Shown in pieces: positions 37,216-49,133 of a stretch of 64,000 nucleotides of DNA. Position 1 is the first letter of the stretch. Every line of letters begins with the position of its first letter. The position numbers and the translations under genes are program-made. The notes beneath the pieces were generated by a model. The model did not search any database. It worked only from the letters and a program-made list of their open reading frames with translations, and was not told where the DNA came from. Origin of the DNA: Phoronis australis (Eukaryota > Animalia > Phoronida); the NCBI GenBank assembly GCA_002633005.1, contig NMRA01000029.1:381396-445395 (forward strand), read 5' to 3'.

Positions 37216-39614
37216 ACTCCTAAATGTAAAAACGCGAAGTGATGTTTGGTCTTGCAAGAACTGACAGCTAGTTGTTCGTCGAGACCACGCACGATGCCTG
37301 AACTGACACGTACCCCCTCACATGTCAACTTGTATGGCAAGTAATAACGAAATATGAACTATTTCAAAGCCTTGACATTACATCTAGTCTAACTTAAAGA
37401 CAACTTGAGATCAGTTTCCTAACCGTAAGTGGTCTTAATCAAAAGTTGTTTTGGGTGAGAGAAGATGGGTTAATGTATTAATTTTCATCAAAAGACCTGT
37501 TGTTGGACGTGAACTGCAACAAAGCAGGGAAGTTCAAACCTACACGAATGCGTTGAATTTCCCCCTTGAGTAAAATGTACGAAATAAACAACACCTACAA
37601 GCACAAAAGCAATACGTTACCTTTAAAATCATGCCAGAAGTTATTTTCGTGTTGGAAAATAATCTAATGTCACGGAATTAAGTATAATAAAACGCCTGCC
37701 ACGAACCACTGATACGAAATAATTGCTCTTTTCGTTACAGCAGACTTTTCGCTACTTGTGCACAACACGAACTAAATCAACAGCCTAGTTTGAGCTTTCC
37801 ATTAATTACCGCAGGTAGCATAATTGTACGAGCGAGTCAAAAGTTTTTAAATATTCCAAAATCGATTTTTCTACGACGACAGCGTTTCTAACTCCAGGCA
37901 ACGCCGAGTCGATAATAAAAACGGAGAATTGCTTCACGCATCAGAACGTTTCCGATGTAAACGTTGAAAGCACACATAACGAACGGTGTTTACTTTAAAG
38001 AGGCTTGATTTTGCAGCTAATGCTTGACAACGTGCAGTCGGTATCAGTGCGATCGATATGCGGTCAAAATGATTTTCCGAAAACGTGAGCTTTCAGAATA
38101 GACAAAATGCATTAGAAATGGAATTGTTACGTAAGCAAGACTTCGACTGTCAGATACGGTATACCAATGACTGTTACTCTTTCACAATGGCGTAGCCTGA
38201 CGTATTCAACGGACGGGGAGCAGGTGGCAAACGGGAAACTCATGATTGGCGAAGAGAGAGGGTTGAAATAAGTGACAACCTCGGGGGAAGGCAAACGCGA
38301 AATTGAAATGAGTTTCTACCATTTTATGTAATGAGAAAGGGACCCTCGGGGATACACCAGTGCCCCTTCATTTGTTTTCAGCAGAGTAACATGCGTAACG
38401 AACTTCACCATACGCCAACGACATTTCCAAATTATTAACATTTCGAGAATTACGAGAACCCCGTATTTAAGTTCTTGCTATCGATCGGGTATTTAGACCC
38501 ATGCACCGATGATACCCAAAGTGATGTGGTTTTAAAACTTATAGCTTTTGCTCCAGTGCTCCTACACGGGATCGTATATTCAAGCTTCACATAAGGCATG
38601 AACGTCTATGCGTCGTAACCGTGCTTCTTTTGAGCTTACAGGCTGGGCGTTTTTCTATATCTCGTCCATCCGAAAGTACTAGATGTTAATGATAACTTCC
38701 AAGCAAACCAACATCTATCATTTGGAAGCTCCATCCACAGAATATTTTAAAAAAATATTACTGGAGTATTTCGCATTTAGGCGCATACTTCCCGAGTAGG
38801 CACACATTCACTCACCTAACGTCATATACTGAAACATTGAATTCAGTTACATTTAGTTATAACGGGAATTTAGTTGGCTCAGTACCAAAATTAATACATA
38901 AATAAGTTCCGTTTATTTGGAAACCCCTTGTTACCTTAAGACTATTATTTGATTTCGTAATAACAATAAACTGAGTTATTAAGTCAGTCCCTCCATTTTA
39001 TATTCTTGACCACCATGTCCATGAAGAGAAATAAATGCGTCTGAAATCCATAACGCTCATCGGTCTCTGTTACTGTATTATTAAATTCATTGAATTGTGG
39101 CTTTATGAGTGCCATTTTTACACATCGTAACAAATTTTCAGCATCTTACAGACTCAATGGCCTTTTCATCCGACTCAACTCCGGTCTGAGCGGAGCGTCG
39201 ACGTAAACTGCGAAGTTAACTAAACCGTTCATACATAGTCAATTTGTGTTAAGAGTAAAGCTAAAAATGACCAGAATTATCACACGTCTCTTATAAAGCG
39301 ACATGCTGAAAGAGGATTTTTAGATAATGTTGCACCCGGCGAAATCCAACTGCTTTTATGAAGGAGGTGTTGAAAGTACTTTTAAATAACAGACTACTTT
39401 CTCAGGACGAAATTGCTAAAATGTATGTAAATGTGGTCCTCCACAGTCTCTCATACCGTTAGACTTTGAAGGAAACAATGATATTTTAGTTTGAAAGTAG
39501 TTCCCTGGCTGGAGCAAAGGATAATTAGATATGGCAGACCTACCATGAAGTTCCAAATAGATTGGTTCAGCCGATAATGAGCCCCTGAAATGATTCTCAG
39601 GGCACCAAGCCCGA

Positions 39615-39875
39615 AATGCCGCCTGCTCGACTCTGTGTACGGGACAGGGCACGCGCTGCCTCCGGCAGCTTCAGATGACCCGTCTCAGCGCCTGCTCGGC
39701 TCTGGATACGGGATGCGACACGCCGTGCCTTCGGCAGCTTGGCTTGCCGTCCTGCCTGCTCGGCTCTGGGACAGGGCACGCGCTGGCCCGTCCCTCTTGC
39801 TCGGTTCTGGCTACGGGACAGAGCACGCTCTGTCTCCGGCAGCTTGGCCCGTCCCGCCTATTTGGCTCTGGTCTC
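39615..39875. repeat. GC-rich degenerate minisatellite (~45-70 bp; gcctgctcggctctgg..acgggacagggcacgcgctg..tccggcagctt)
   Basis: 4-5 related units; accounts for the overlapping ORFs here. Confidence 0.8.
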
Positions 39876-39882
39876 CGAAAAC

Positions 39883-40289
39883 CAGGGCCCGGTCTCTAAT
39901 CTTTGTACTCGAAACGAACTCGAAACTATTTTTGGCAATTTCTCTGCTCCTTTTGTGCTAACTTAAGATAATTGGTTATCAGACTGTGCTCGAATACATC
40001 ATAGTTTATGCATAAGAGTTTCTAGTTCAAGTTTGCCCTTGAAGACCCTTATATTCGTGCTACAAACTTGAGTAAAAACTCGAAATTTCGAGTTCAAACT
40101 CGAACTTATTGCTTTAATATTGGGTTTACAAACTGTGAACTAAGGGCAATAAATTATCTACGTAAGTTATTGTGTACTCGAGCATAGAATAATAGACACT
40201 TATCTTGAGTTCTCCCAAAAGTTGAGTAGAAAATGCCAAACCTAATTTCGAGTTCCATTTTGAGTAAAAAGATTGGAGACCGGGCCCTG
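39883..40289. mobile_element. ~400-bp MITE (Harbinger-like)
   Basis: TIRs cagggcccggtctctaatct / agattggagaccgggccctg. Internal actcga/tcgagt motifs. A solo end is at ~59633-59651. Confidence 0.8.
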
Positions 40290-40436
40290 GTTTAAAGTAT
40301 CTAAGCAATCCTGCTGTGTCGATCTGGATTAACCCAACAAAGAAACTATTGAAGTGCTTCAATGAAACTTTGATCACGTGGGTATACAATGGCACACACT
40401 AGTAGAATCAGTGCAGACATTTGCGAAAAAGGTGTA

Positions 40437-40797
40437 AAACTGAATATTGGAAATAGTCCATTTTCGCTCTAAAACTGCGTCGTAAATGCACACCGCGGCC
40501 TCATTCAGTTGCACCTATATCATGCAAGTCTGTCATATTTAACAGTTAAACCTAGGTCTGACCAAGCCTAAAGTTAAACCTGGTTTAAGATCTTAATACA
40601 GATCTAAAGAATATAGACTTTGTTGGTGAAATGAAAACTGACTTCGACCAGGTCTAAATAGGAGTTAAACCAGGTTTTACTAGACCACTGGTCTAAAAGT
40701 TAAACCACCTTTATGAAATGCAGATTATCTTGAAACCTGGTCTAAGTCCAGTTTAAACCAGGTTTAACTTTAAACCACCTTTATGAAATCGGCTGTA
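40437..40797 (-). mobile_element. Inverted copy of the 26318-26680 palindrome-rich element end
   Basis: Ends ttatgaaatcggctgta; colinear with 26318-26680 in reverse complement. Confidence 0.75.
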
Positions 40798-40956
40798 TAA
40801 GTCTAAGTGATGTGGCTCAATTTCGAGAGTGCCGACCATTTTGGTCAAAGTCATGCGAGGAGGCATTTTTAGAAGTTTGAACCAATACGTGATCACGGCA
40901 ACACAGTGATTAGTAAATAACGACAACCGCCGACAAGCGCTCAGTGCAGCATTGTT

Positions 40957-41460
40957 TCAGCATGAATTAACTACACCCAATACACGCCAGCAAAATTTAA
41001 TTTGCACTTGTTCTAACCAGTTGTATTCTTGTAAGCCCCATAGTTTGGCTCCATAGCATGAGCTGGGGTAAATTATTTTATCAAATGTCTCAAAAGCCAC
41101 ACGTGGTTGAAATATGGTCCAGCTTCTTTGTAGTTTGTCGACTGTAATGGTTGCCTCCGTCATTTTTTTGCATGGGCTGACAGGGTCTGAGCAGCCATAG
41201 TCCACAATAACTTTGGCGTGAACAAAACACCAAGGTACTTGTAGCTGGCATGTAAATCACTTCGAGTTTTTCACCTCCAAAATACCACATCTCGCAATTT
41301 CTCAAGGGACCTCCGTTTCTAAACACCATAACTGTGGTCTTCACTAAATTTACAGACAAGCTCCATTCCTGGCAGAACTTACTTAAAGCACACAGTAGTT
41401 TTTGCAGGTTTAACCGGAGATTAAGTACACAAAGCCATATCATCAGCATATCACAAAACT
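40957..41460 (-). mobile_element. Non-LTR retrotransposon (LINE) reverse-transcriptase C-terminal fragment, frameshifted
   Basis: ADD-type motif, LQKLL..LSKFCQEWSLSVNLVKTTVMVFRNGG, YKYLGV, FDKIIYP..CYGAKLWG, LEQVQIKFCWRVLGV. Confidence 0.88.
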
Positions 41461-42902
41461 TTCACATCGGAAACATTCTGACATAGGAGAATACCATCGT
41501 CATTACTAGAATGGATACATTCTACAAAGTCATCAGGTTTTTAAATAATCACCATGAACTCCAATAATAAACTTTCAAAGACAAGTGACTGTGTAGACTC
41601 GATCTGACACGTGCTCTGTAATGAAACCTTGGACAAATGTAGTATTGAAACAAATGCTCAAATTTTACATAATGTTAAACTCGATAGTTGTTTTTTTTGT
41701 AAATTACATAGAAAATTAATTGTGCCACAGCAACAATTTACATGTTTGACACGTCTTCACGTGATGTGACCAACATATGACCTGTGTGAAGACATATGAA
41801 TACAGTGCCTTCAACAATTTGCTTCTCAATATAAATGAGCTTCCCAGGTTGTACACGTGCGTCTTTTGATGTTAATTTTGCTTTTAAGACTCGTTTTAAT
41901 AGGTTAAATAGAAAACTCGCACATACAGTTGTACAAATATACTTTACTATTTAGACAGATTTATAGCAACACTTTACATATCACTTTTGGCTATGGATAT
42001 TCTCATGCTACGACCGGTAGGGTTCGCGTTAATCAGGGCGGGCAGAGCCTGATAGTGGAAAGCAATACGAGTTCCTGAATCGAAAGTTGACAAACAGGAA
42101 ACAAAAAACACTGACCTCTCCGTTTGAGAGACCACTACCCCTAAGGCAAATCTCTGTTCACGAATCAAGACTGACGGACGACCTGCATCTAACTTCGTCG
42201 TAGCCCCCATGCGGTTTAGTTTTTGAAAGTTTCCATTCATATGCAATGCCCTCGAAGATCTCTCCCGTTTATTCACTGCAAGATGACATGTGGCACGATT
42301 TTCCATTGAGAACACTCTTTTGGTATTCAGTATCTCTAAAAGGCGAGTTTATTGATGTGGATTGTGTAATGACGTGGTTACCTGGTTGTTGCACTTCGAT
42401 TACTTGGTGTGCTCGTAGTTCATTGGAAAGCGCAATAACCCCCCCTGAGAAGTAATAGCATGACCCTTGAATGTTTCCCTTTGAGTGGGTCGGCCTGCTA
42501 TTTCAGACTGCGGCCATTTCCTTGAAAGCGCGCACCGTGAGGAGATGATGTCTTACCCGATACACGAAGGGCGATACATGTGGGTAACTTCTGTCATTAA
42601 TTACATTTTTGTCTGGCTGATTGCTGTTACAGTTCTCCACCTGTGGCAACTGTTTGGTGTACAGGTAGTTGTAATACGTATGTGTTTTAAGTGTCAGCTG
42701 TATTTTACAGTAGTTGTACTTTGGGTTATACTCATACATTAGTGTTCGGGTCGTGATGACGCACATTTATTCAAATGGATATTCACTGAGAAGACTATGG
42801 CTTAAGAGAAGAACTGCTGTCCGTGTAAAATACTCTGAATATACATTTGAATTTATGTATTTCTGTATGAGTAAGCAAAGCCTACGATGTGCAATAAGTG
42901 AT

Positions 42903-42953
42903 ATTATTATTATTATTGTTATTGTTATTATTATTATTATTAATATTATTATT

Positions 42954-42992
<39 letters not shown>

Positions 42993-43014
42993 ATTGTTAT
43001 TGTTATTATTATTA
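42903..43014. repeat. Compound (ATT)n/(GTT)n microsatellite
   Basis: Directly visible. Confidence 0.95.
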
Positions 43015-46000
43015 AATGAAAATATCTATCCATCTATCAAATGTAGTATCATTAGCTTGCATTAGACGTTTGTTAATTGACTTGCTGAATGTTAACGCTC
43101 TTTCTAATCCTGACTAACAATTTACTAACATACTAACTAGGGCCCTAACATGCGTCCCGGATCTTATCTGTCCCGGGTTTTTGTGTCCCGGTGTTTTGCG
43201 TAATAGTCCAGACTCTAAGCGGACGAGTGTGCAAGTTTTAGCAACACTTGCCATTTAGGCCCACATGACAGTTGTCAGGTGCTTTTCGATCCTGATTTAG
43301 GGCTTAAGTTCAACAAGTAATAAAGTAACGTGTTATTTTTATGCATTTTCCTTAGTTGCATTGGATTCTTGTCGGTTGTCAGATAAAGCAATGCCCCATG
43401 AAATTTTGGAATGCTAGTACTCACTTCTTGAAAATGCGCCTTTAGTTTTCGAGATTTCGACTGGGTCGCAAACGGCGAACTTGGGTATGTTAATTTTCTT
43501 GGCTCATCGAGCACTGACCAATGACCATTGAACTCGGTGTGAAAGTAGCCATTGTCCCCCTGGAGAAATTGTCCGGCTTGCGTGTATTTGAATGAATCAT
43601 CCGGCTAATCCACTGATTAACGTGCCAGTTCACCGGCATTCAAATACATGCAGCTACATGTAGGACATTCTCTGCAGGGGGACAATCACAGCTACCACAC
43701 CAGGACACATAGAACTCCGTCCGATGCAATGAAAACTGGTCATACCGAACCCGGGACACGTACATATGTAGAATCCCGATATGCATAAAACGGGAACACA
43801 TCAGGATGACCCCCATCATATGGATCAGAACAATGGTTCCCGTGATCGATAACTGCTCTGGTGGATTTTTCAATTAATCTCGAAGTGTCAACTTGAAAAC
43901 AATAGTTGATTTGCCGATTGTCTGTAAATTTCATTACTGCACGTTTTTGTCTATTTGCACTCCATACCCATACATAAACGACAAGCTGCGACCTACGGAT
44001 AACCAAGACGGAAGAAAGGTGGAAGACGAAATTAAGAAGATAATCTAACATGGGATTTATGTAATCTAACGTTGCTTGCGTGTCATACTGTATTAGTATA
44101 AATAGGGTACAGCTTTATACTCCAAAGGTTCACTAGTTCGAACTCTCATAATACCACAAATGAATAAAAAGGCATTATAAGACCGAAGGTTCACAAATCC
44201 GACAGAAAGAAAAAACTAGTTAGTTTGAAACTAGCCCGAAGGTCTGTGATGCCAGAAACCAGCGATTCAAAGTCAACGACAGCCAAGCAGCAAAATTTTG
44301 GCGGCGATAAACCATACTTCGAACATGTAAATAACTACAGCAACTCAGTGAATGGCCCAACTTCATGTTTGGATCCCGTTTTGAGAGGCACAGGCTCTTC
44401 GAAGAACTAGTTTCAAGCAGCCGTGTGCAAATAACTCCCTGAACGTTTTGCTCAAATTCACTGTTCGGAACCTAGTGTCATGAAAGTTCAAATTTATAAC
44501 CTTCGGTGGGTTTTCGTAATTGTGTGGATAAGTCTTCATATTTATGGATTTTTAGACTTGCAAACCTTGCGACCCATGAGTACTTAATTTCATATAAAAT
44601 CTGTACACATTCTGTCTCACTTGAAGTTTTCAATTCAGGTCATATAAGGTTGATCACTTCTTATTGTGCAATTTTTAGCGACTTGGCAAGTCGTCGAACT
44701 AGTGGACTTTGGCTGACTAGTGTACCATTTACCCACGGCACCTGACGTCGCGAGCAGTTACAGTGTACCAAAAGTGCAGAAGGACCACTAACACGAATGA
44801 TACCAGGGCCAAAGATATGGTGCCGTTCATCTGTAAATCAGTATCCTGGCAGTTACCGGTTTTGACTACATGTGTGTACTCATTTGAGCCATCAAAACTT
44901 GATCAATCACTTGTTTTATTTGGAAAAGCGAAGTGAAAATATACTTCAGGAATACGTCTTTATTTAAGTACATGGTTTCACAACTGGTTTTAGTGCAGTC
45001 TCTCAAAAATTGCGTTGGTAATTGTATGACTGGGAGGTCTGGTCAATATAAAATACACTATAGGCTCTCAGTTCGGGTCGCCTGTATTATCTTCCTTCTC
45101 GGAAGTGAAGTATATTTAGTCTTAATTGCTGTATTTTATATGAGCGACTTTGTCATTTGTTAAATAGCTGGGCTTTGTTGATCATTAAAATCATACCAAA
45201 CTCAGTTTTGGCCTACTTACACATACTAAAAACGACTTTCCCCATTCAGTTCTCTGAAACAAAATAATGCTTTGTAACTTATCGCCAACCCTCAAAAGTC
45301 TGGAGGAAATTTTGAAAACTTCTAACAAATTCTGCTAAACGGGCAAGCGTGACCTACGCTTTTAGCAAGTTACACAACATCTTTTGAAAAGGCCACCCGT
45401 CAAGGACCACAACGTGCAATTTATGAGATAGGAAGTATAAGTTTTTTCAGTTGGTTCCTGCTTTCATTTTGGAAGATTGACACTAAAGATGCAAAGCAGG
45501 TGACAGAAAGTGGATTGGTTGACATTATCTATATAAGGTTTATCATCCTTACGGGACCATACAGGACCACGACGTCACGATGGGTTACAGTGCATCAAAA
45601 AGTTCCTGCAGTACCACTAATACGACTGACAATAGAGTTGAAAAGTGTATTACCGTTCAACTTTCATGAGAAAAAAGCATTTAAAATATTTTACATTTCA
45701 GTTACAAGTTTGTTGGGGCTTCTTTTTACTTTCCTAACCAAATTTCTTTCAATGTATACTTCACAATATGAAATGCACTCCCCTCGGCTCACGTATGTTA
45801 AATTCGTCCTCGAAGGTTTATTGGACTTTATTGCCAAGTATGCGATTTTAGCTAAATTTTTTACTAAATTAAATATTTTAACTCCTTAAATGTTTATATT
45901 ATCGGAAACTAGAAACCCCAAAAAAATTTGAAATTTCGGTTTTTACTTGTCTGATATTCATAATGATTGCCTCACAAGAATATTTCCCTTAAGTAAGATT

Positions 46001-47472
46001 TAGCGAAAAAGAAAAGAAAAGCACAGTAATAGCAAAACAACGGTATCGATAACAAGCTCGAATTTCATTTGATGAACATGTTCCAAGACGTGACCTCAAA
46101 AAACTATTAATGTTCTAAAATATCGTGATTTATTTTGAATTCGTTTTGTAAACGATGTTTAAGTCCTTGGATTTGGAAGTTTTACATAAATCTGGACAGC
46201 TATTTCGGAGATATAAAACTTAAAAGTTGGGGAAATGTACACGATTTTGAAGCTTCAAAGTTAGAGAAATGTTGACGTTTTTTCTATGGTCATACAGGAC
46301 CTCCCCACAACTGGCAGTGCACCCGGCCAAGATGTCGCTGAACCACCAACACAAAATGACACCAGAGTCGGAAAGGTAAAAAATCCCGGGAGTTGCCTCT
46401 TACGTGAGGGCGTGCACCATGAGATCCTGTCTTAACCGATACATGAAGGGCGATAGAGGTGAGTAACTTTCGTTATTGATTACATTTTTGTCTGGCTGAC
46501 ACTTACAGTTATAGTTACCCACCTGTGACAAATGTATGGTGTCCAGATAATTGGGTTGAACTCGTGTGTTAGATTTTGGGTTGCGATGTCGCACGTGTAC
46601 TTCGACTAGATAAAGCTCTCCATCCATCATATCTATTACCATTTGCTTGCACTAAGCGTTTGTTACTTGTCTTGCTGGTACATTCGCGTTGGCGCTAACA
46701 CTCTTTTTAATCCCGACTAACAATTGCACTAACATACTAACACCAATCCTAACATATCAAGAAATACAGCATGAATGAACCCAAACGACATTCAATGTCA
46801 CAAAATGCATGCTGAGTGGTGTTATTTGAATTCCTCTCCAAATGCCAAGATCAAATGGAGCTGAACAGGGGTTCCCGTGATCGATTACTACCGTGGCAGG
46901 GATAAGGATTTTTGAATTAGTTTCCGAATGGCAAATTGAAAATAATAGTTGATTTATCGATTGTTTGTAAATTTTATTAATGAACGTTTTCGTTTATTTA
47001 CTTACCATGCCCACGCCACAACGATACGATCCGACTCACGGATAATCAAGACGGAAGCAGAAGCATGAAAGACTGAAAATTAACAACCGAAGACTAAAAT
47101 TAAGAAGGAAATTTAAAGTAACGTACAAGTCACAGTGCATTAGTATAAATAAGATGGAGCTCGATACTCCGAAGGTTCGCAAGCCTGAAGGCAAGTTATG
47201 TAACATTGAATGATTTTTTTTAAAATACCCAATCAGGCGAATAAAAACGTTTCTAAAAACAGCCCTATCAAACTGATAGTAAAACAACTAATATTCTTTC
47301 AGACTTGTGTTGATCTTCGGATTTATTTATTTGTCGACTTGTAAACTTTCGGAGCCATGAATTCCGTAATTTCCTACCTTCCGCCCACAATTGTTCTCAC
47401 TTGTATTTTTCAGTTCAGATCATACGGGTTCATTGTTTCGAGGGGATTGACTTCTTTCGAACCTGATTATAG

Positions 47473-49133
47473 TTTTTATGCGCAAACGTATTTATATGTG
47501 GACTCATTATGCCGTCATCTCCGTCCATCCGTTCGGAGTCCGGCGTCCGGCGTCCGCTCCAAAAGGCCTGGACGTATGTTCAGGAAGTTTTGCACATGTG
47601 TTTCTTCCGTGGATGGGACGGCATGAACGAACTTTCAGGCGGATCCGACTATTGGTGTGACTCCTAGTGGCAATTTTAGTTTTTTACGTTTACCTCTGTA
47701 ACTTCAAAAGTCCTGAACAGATTTTCATAAAAATTGGTACATAGGCACCTATCAGTGAGATGAGACTAACCTTCCGTTTTCAGATGGATTCGACGTAGTT
47801 TGCGCCACCTAGTGGCCATGTTTTGGTGTCTTCGAGTTTATTTTTTGCGTCCACCCCTCTATCAACCAAACCGCTCAAAGGATGATTGTGAAAATTGGCA
47901 TGTATGACGATGATTTTCCGACGACTTCGACTACTATGGCGCCTCCTAGTGGCAGTTTTTTGCGCCTATGGGTGCATGTGCTAAACCGTTCGCAGGATCT
48001 TTAATAAATTTAGTACCGTAAGTGTATTTATGTGATGTTCGACGGAAGACAACGAATTTCGGACAGATCTGACTACTGGTGTGCGCCACCTACTGGCAAT
48101 TTTATTTTTTTACGTTTACCTCTGTGTGTTCAAACGTCCTCGATGTATTTTCATAAAATTTGGCATACACGCATCTGTTAATTAAGTGACGCTATCTCTC
48201 CGTTTTCAGATGTGGCCATTTTTACTGTTTCCGAGTCTGTTTTTGGCGTCAAGTCATCTATCAACGAAACTGCTTTCAAGATAATTGTGAAAATTGGCAC
48301 GTATGTTTTTACTATAACTTATGAAGTGGACGGCTGACGATGATTTTCCGACGACTTTGACTACTATGGCGCCTCCTAGTGGCACTTTTGTTTTTTTGCG
48401 CTCATGACTGTATCTCCTAAACCGTTTGCAGGATCTTTACTTAATTTAGCGAGTGTATTTATATGATGTTGACAAAGGACGACTTTCGGACGGATCTGAC
48501 TACTGGTGTGCCCCTAGTGGCAATTTTAGTTTTTTACGTTTACCAGTCTGTACCTCAACAGATTTTCATAAAATTGTGAATATAGGCATCTATGTTTTTG
48601 GATTGAATTGAGGTATTTTGCACGACCTAGTGGCCATTTTTGCTGTTTTCAAATCTTGTTTTTGGAGTCCACCCCTCTATCAACGAAATCATTCTAGGGA
48701 TAGTTTTGAAAATTGGCGTATACGTTTTCAGTGCGAAGAGGACGTTTGATGATGGCAACTGACCAGTGTGGTGCCTCCTAGTGTTAGGTAAGTTTTGTTT
48801 TGCGCCCATAGCGATATCTCCTAAACCCACTTCAGGATCTTCATTAAATTTAGTAAGTGTATTTATATGAAGATAACAACAGACGGCGACTTTCAGGCGG
48901 ATCCAACGAACGCTGTGCCCACAAGTGGCAATTTCATGTTATTCCGTTTTCCTTTGTTTCTCTGAAGTTCCTTGACAGATTTTTATGAAATATGGCATGT
49001 TCCCGTTTTTGGATGGATTGTACGTTTTTGCGCCATCTAGTGGCCATTTTTATGATACAAATAAATAACCCTAAAAGCACACCATTTGCGATGCATTCGT
49101 GGGCGCATTTCAACGCTCCGCGTTGCTCTTGTT
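47473..49133 (+). mobile_element. DINE-1/Helentron-associated non-autonomous element (HINE) with internal ~140-bp tandem subunits
   Basis: 5' ttatgcgc.. with adjacent inverted repeat, (cgtc/ggcgtcc)n microsatellite, internal tandem repeats, 3' gtgggcgcat plus hairpin caacgc-tcc-gcgttg plus ctcttgTT. Inserted in a T-run, and the host repeat resumes on both sides. Confidence 0.82.

Noticed and set aside
39416-39966. Cluster of overlapping ORFs on both strands
   Set aside because: Explained by a GC-rich minisatellite that lacks stop codons.
47650-49045. Short conserved repeats separated by apparently variable spacers (CRISPR-like)
   Set aside because: The intervening ~125-bp sequences are homologous to one another in an A-B-C pattern, so these are tandem subunits of a transposon.
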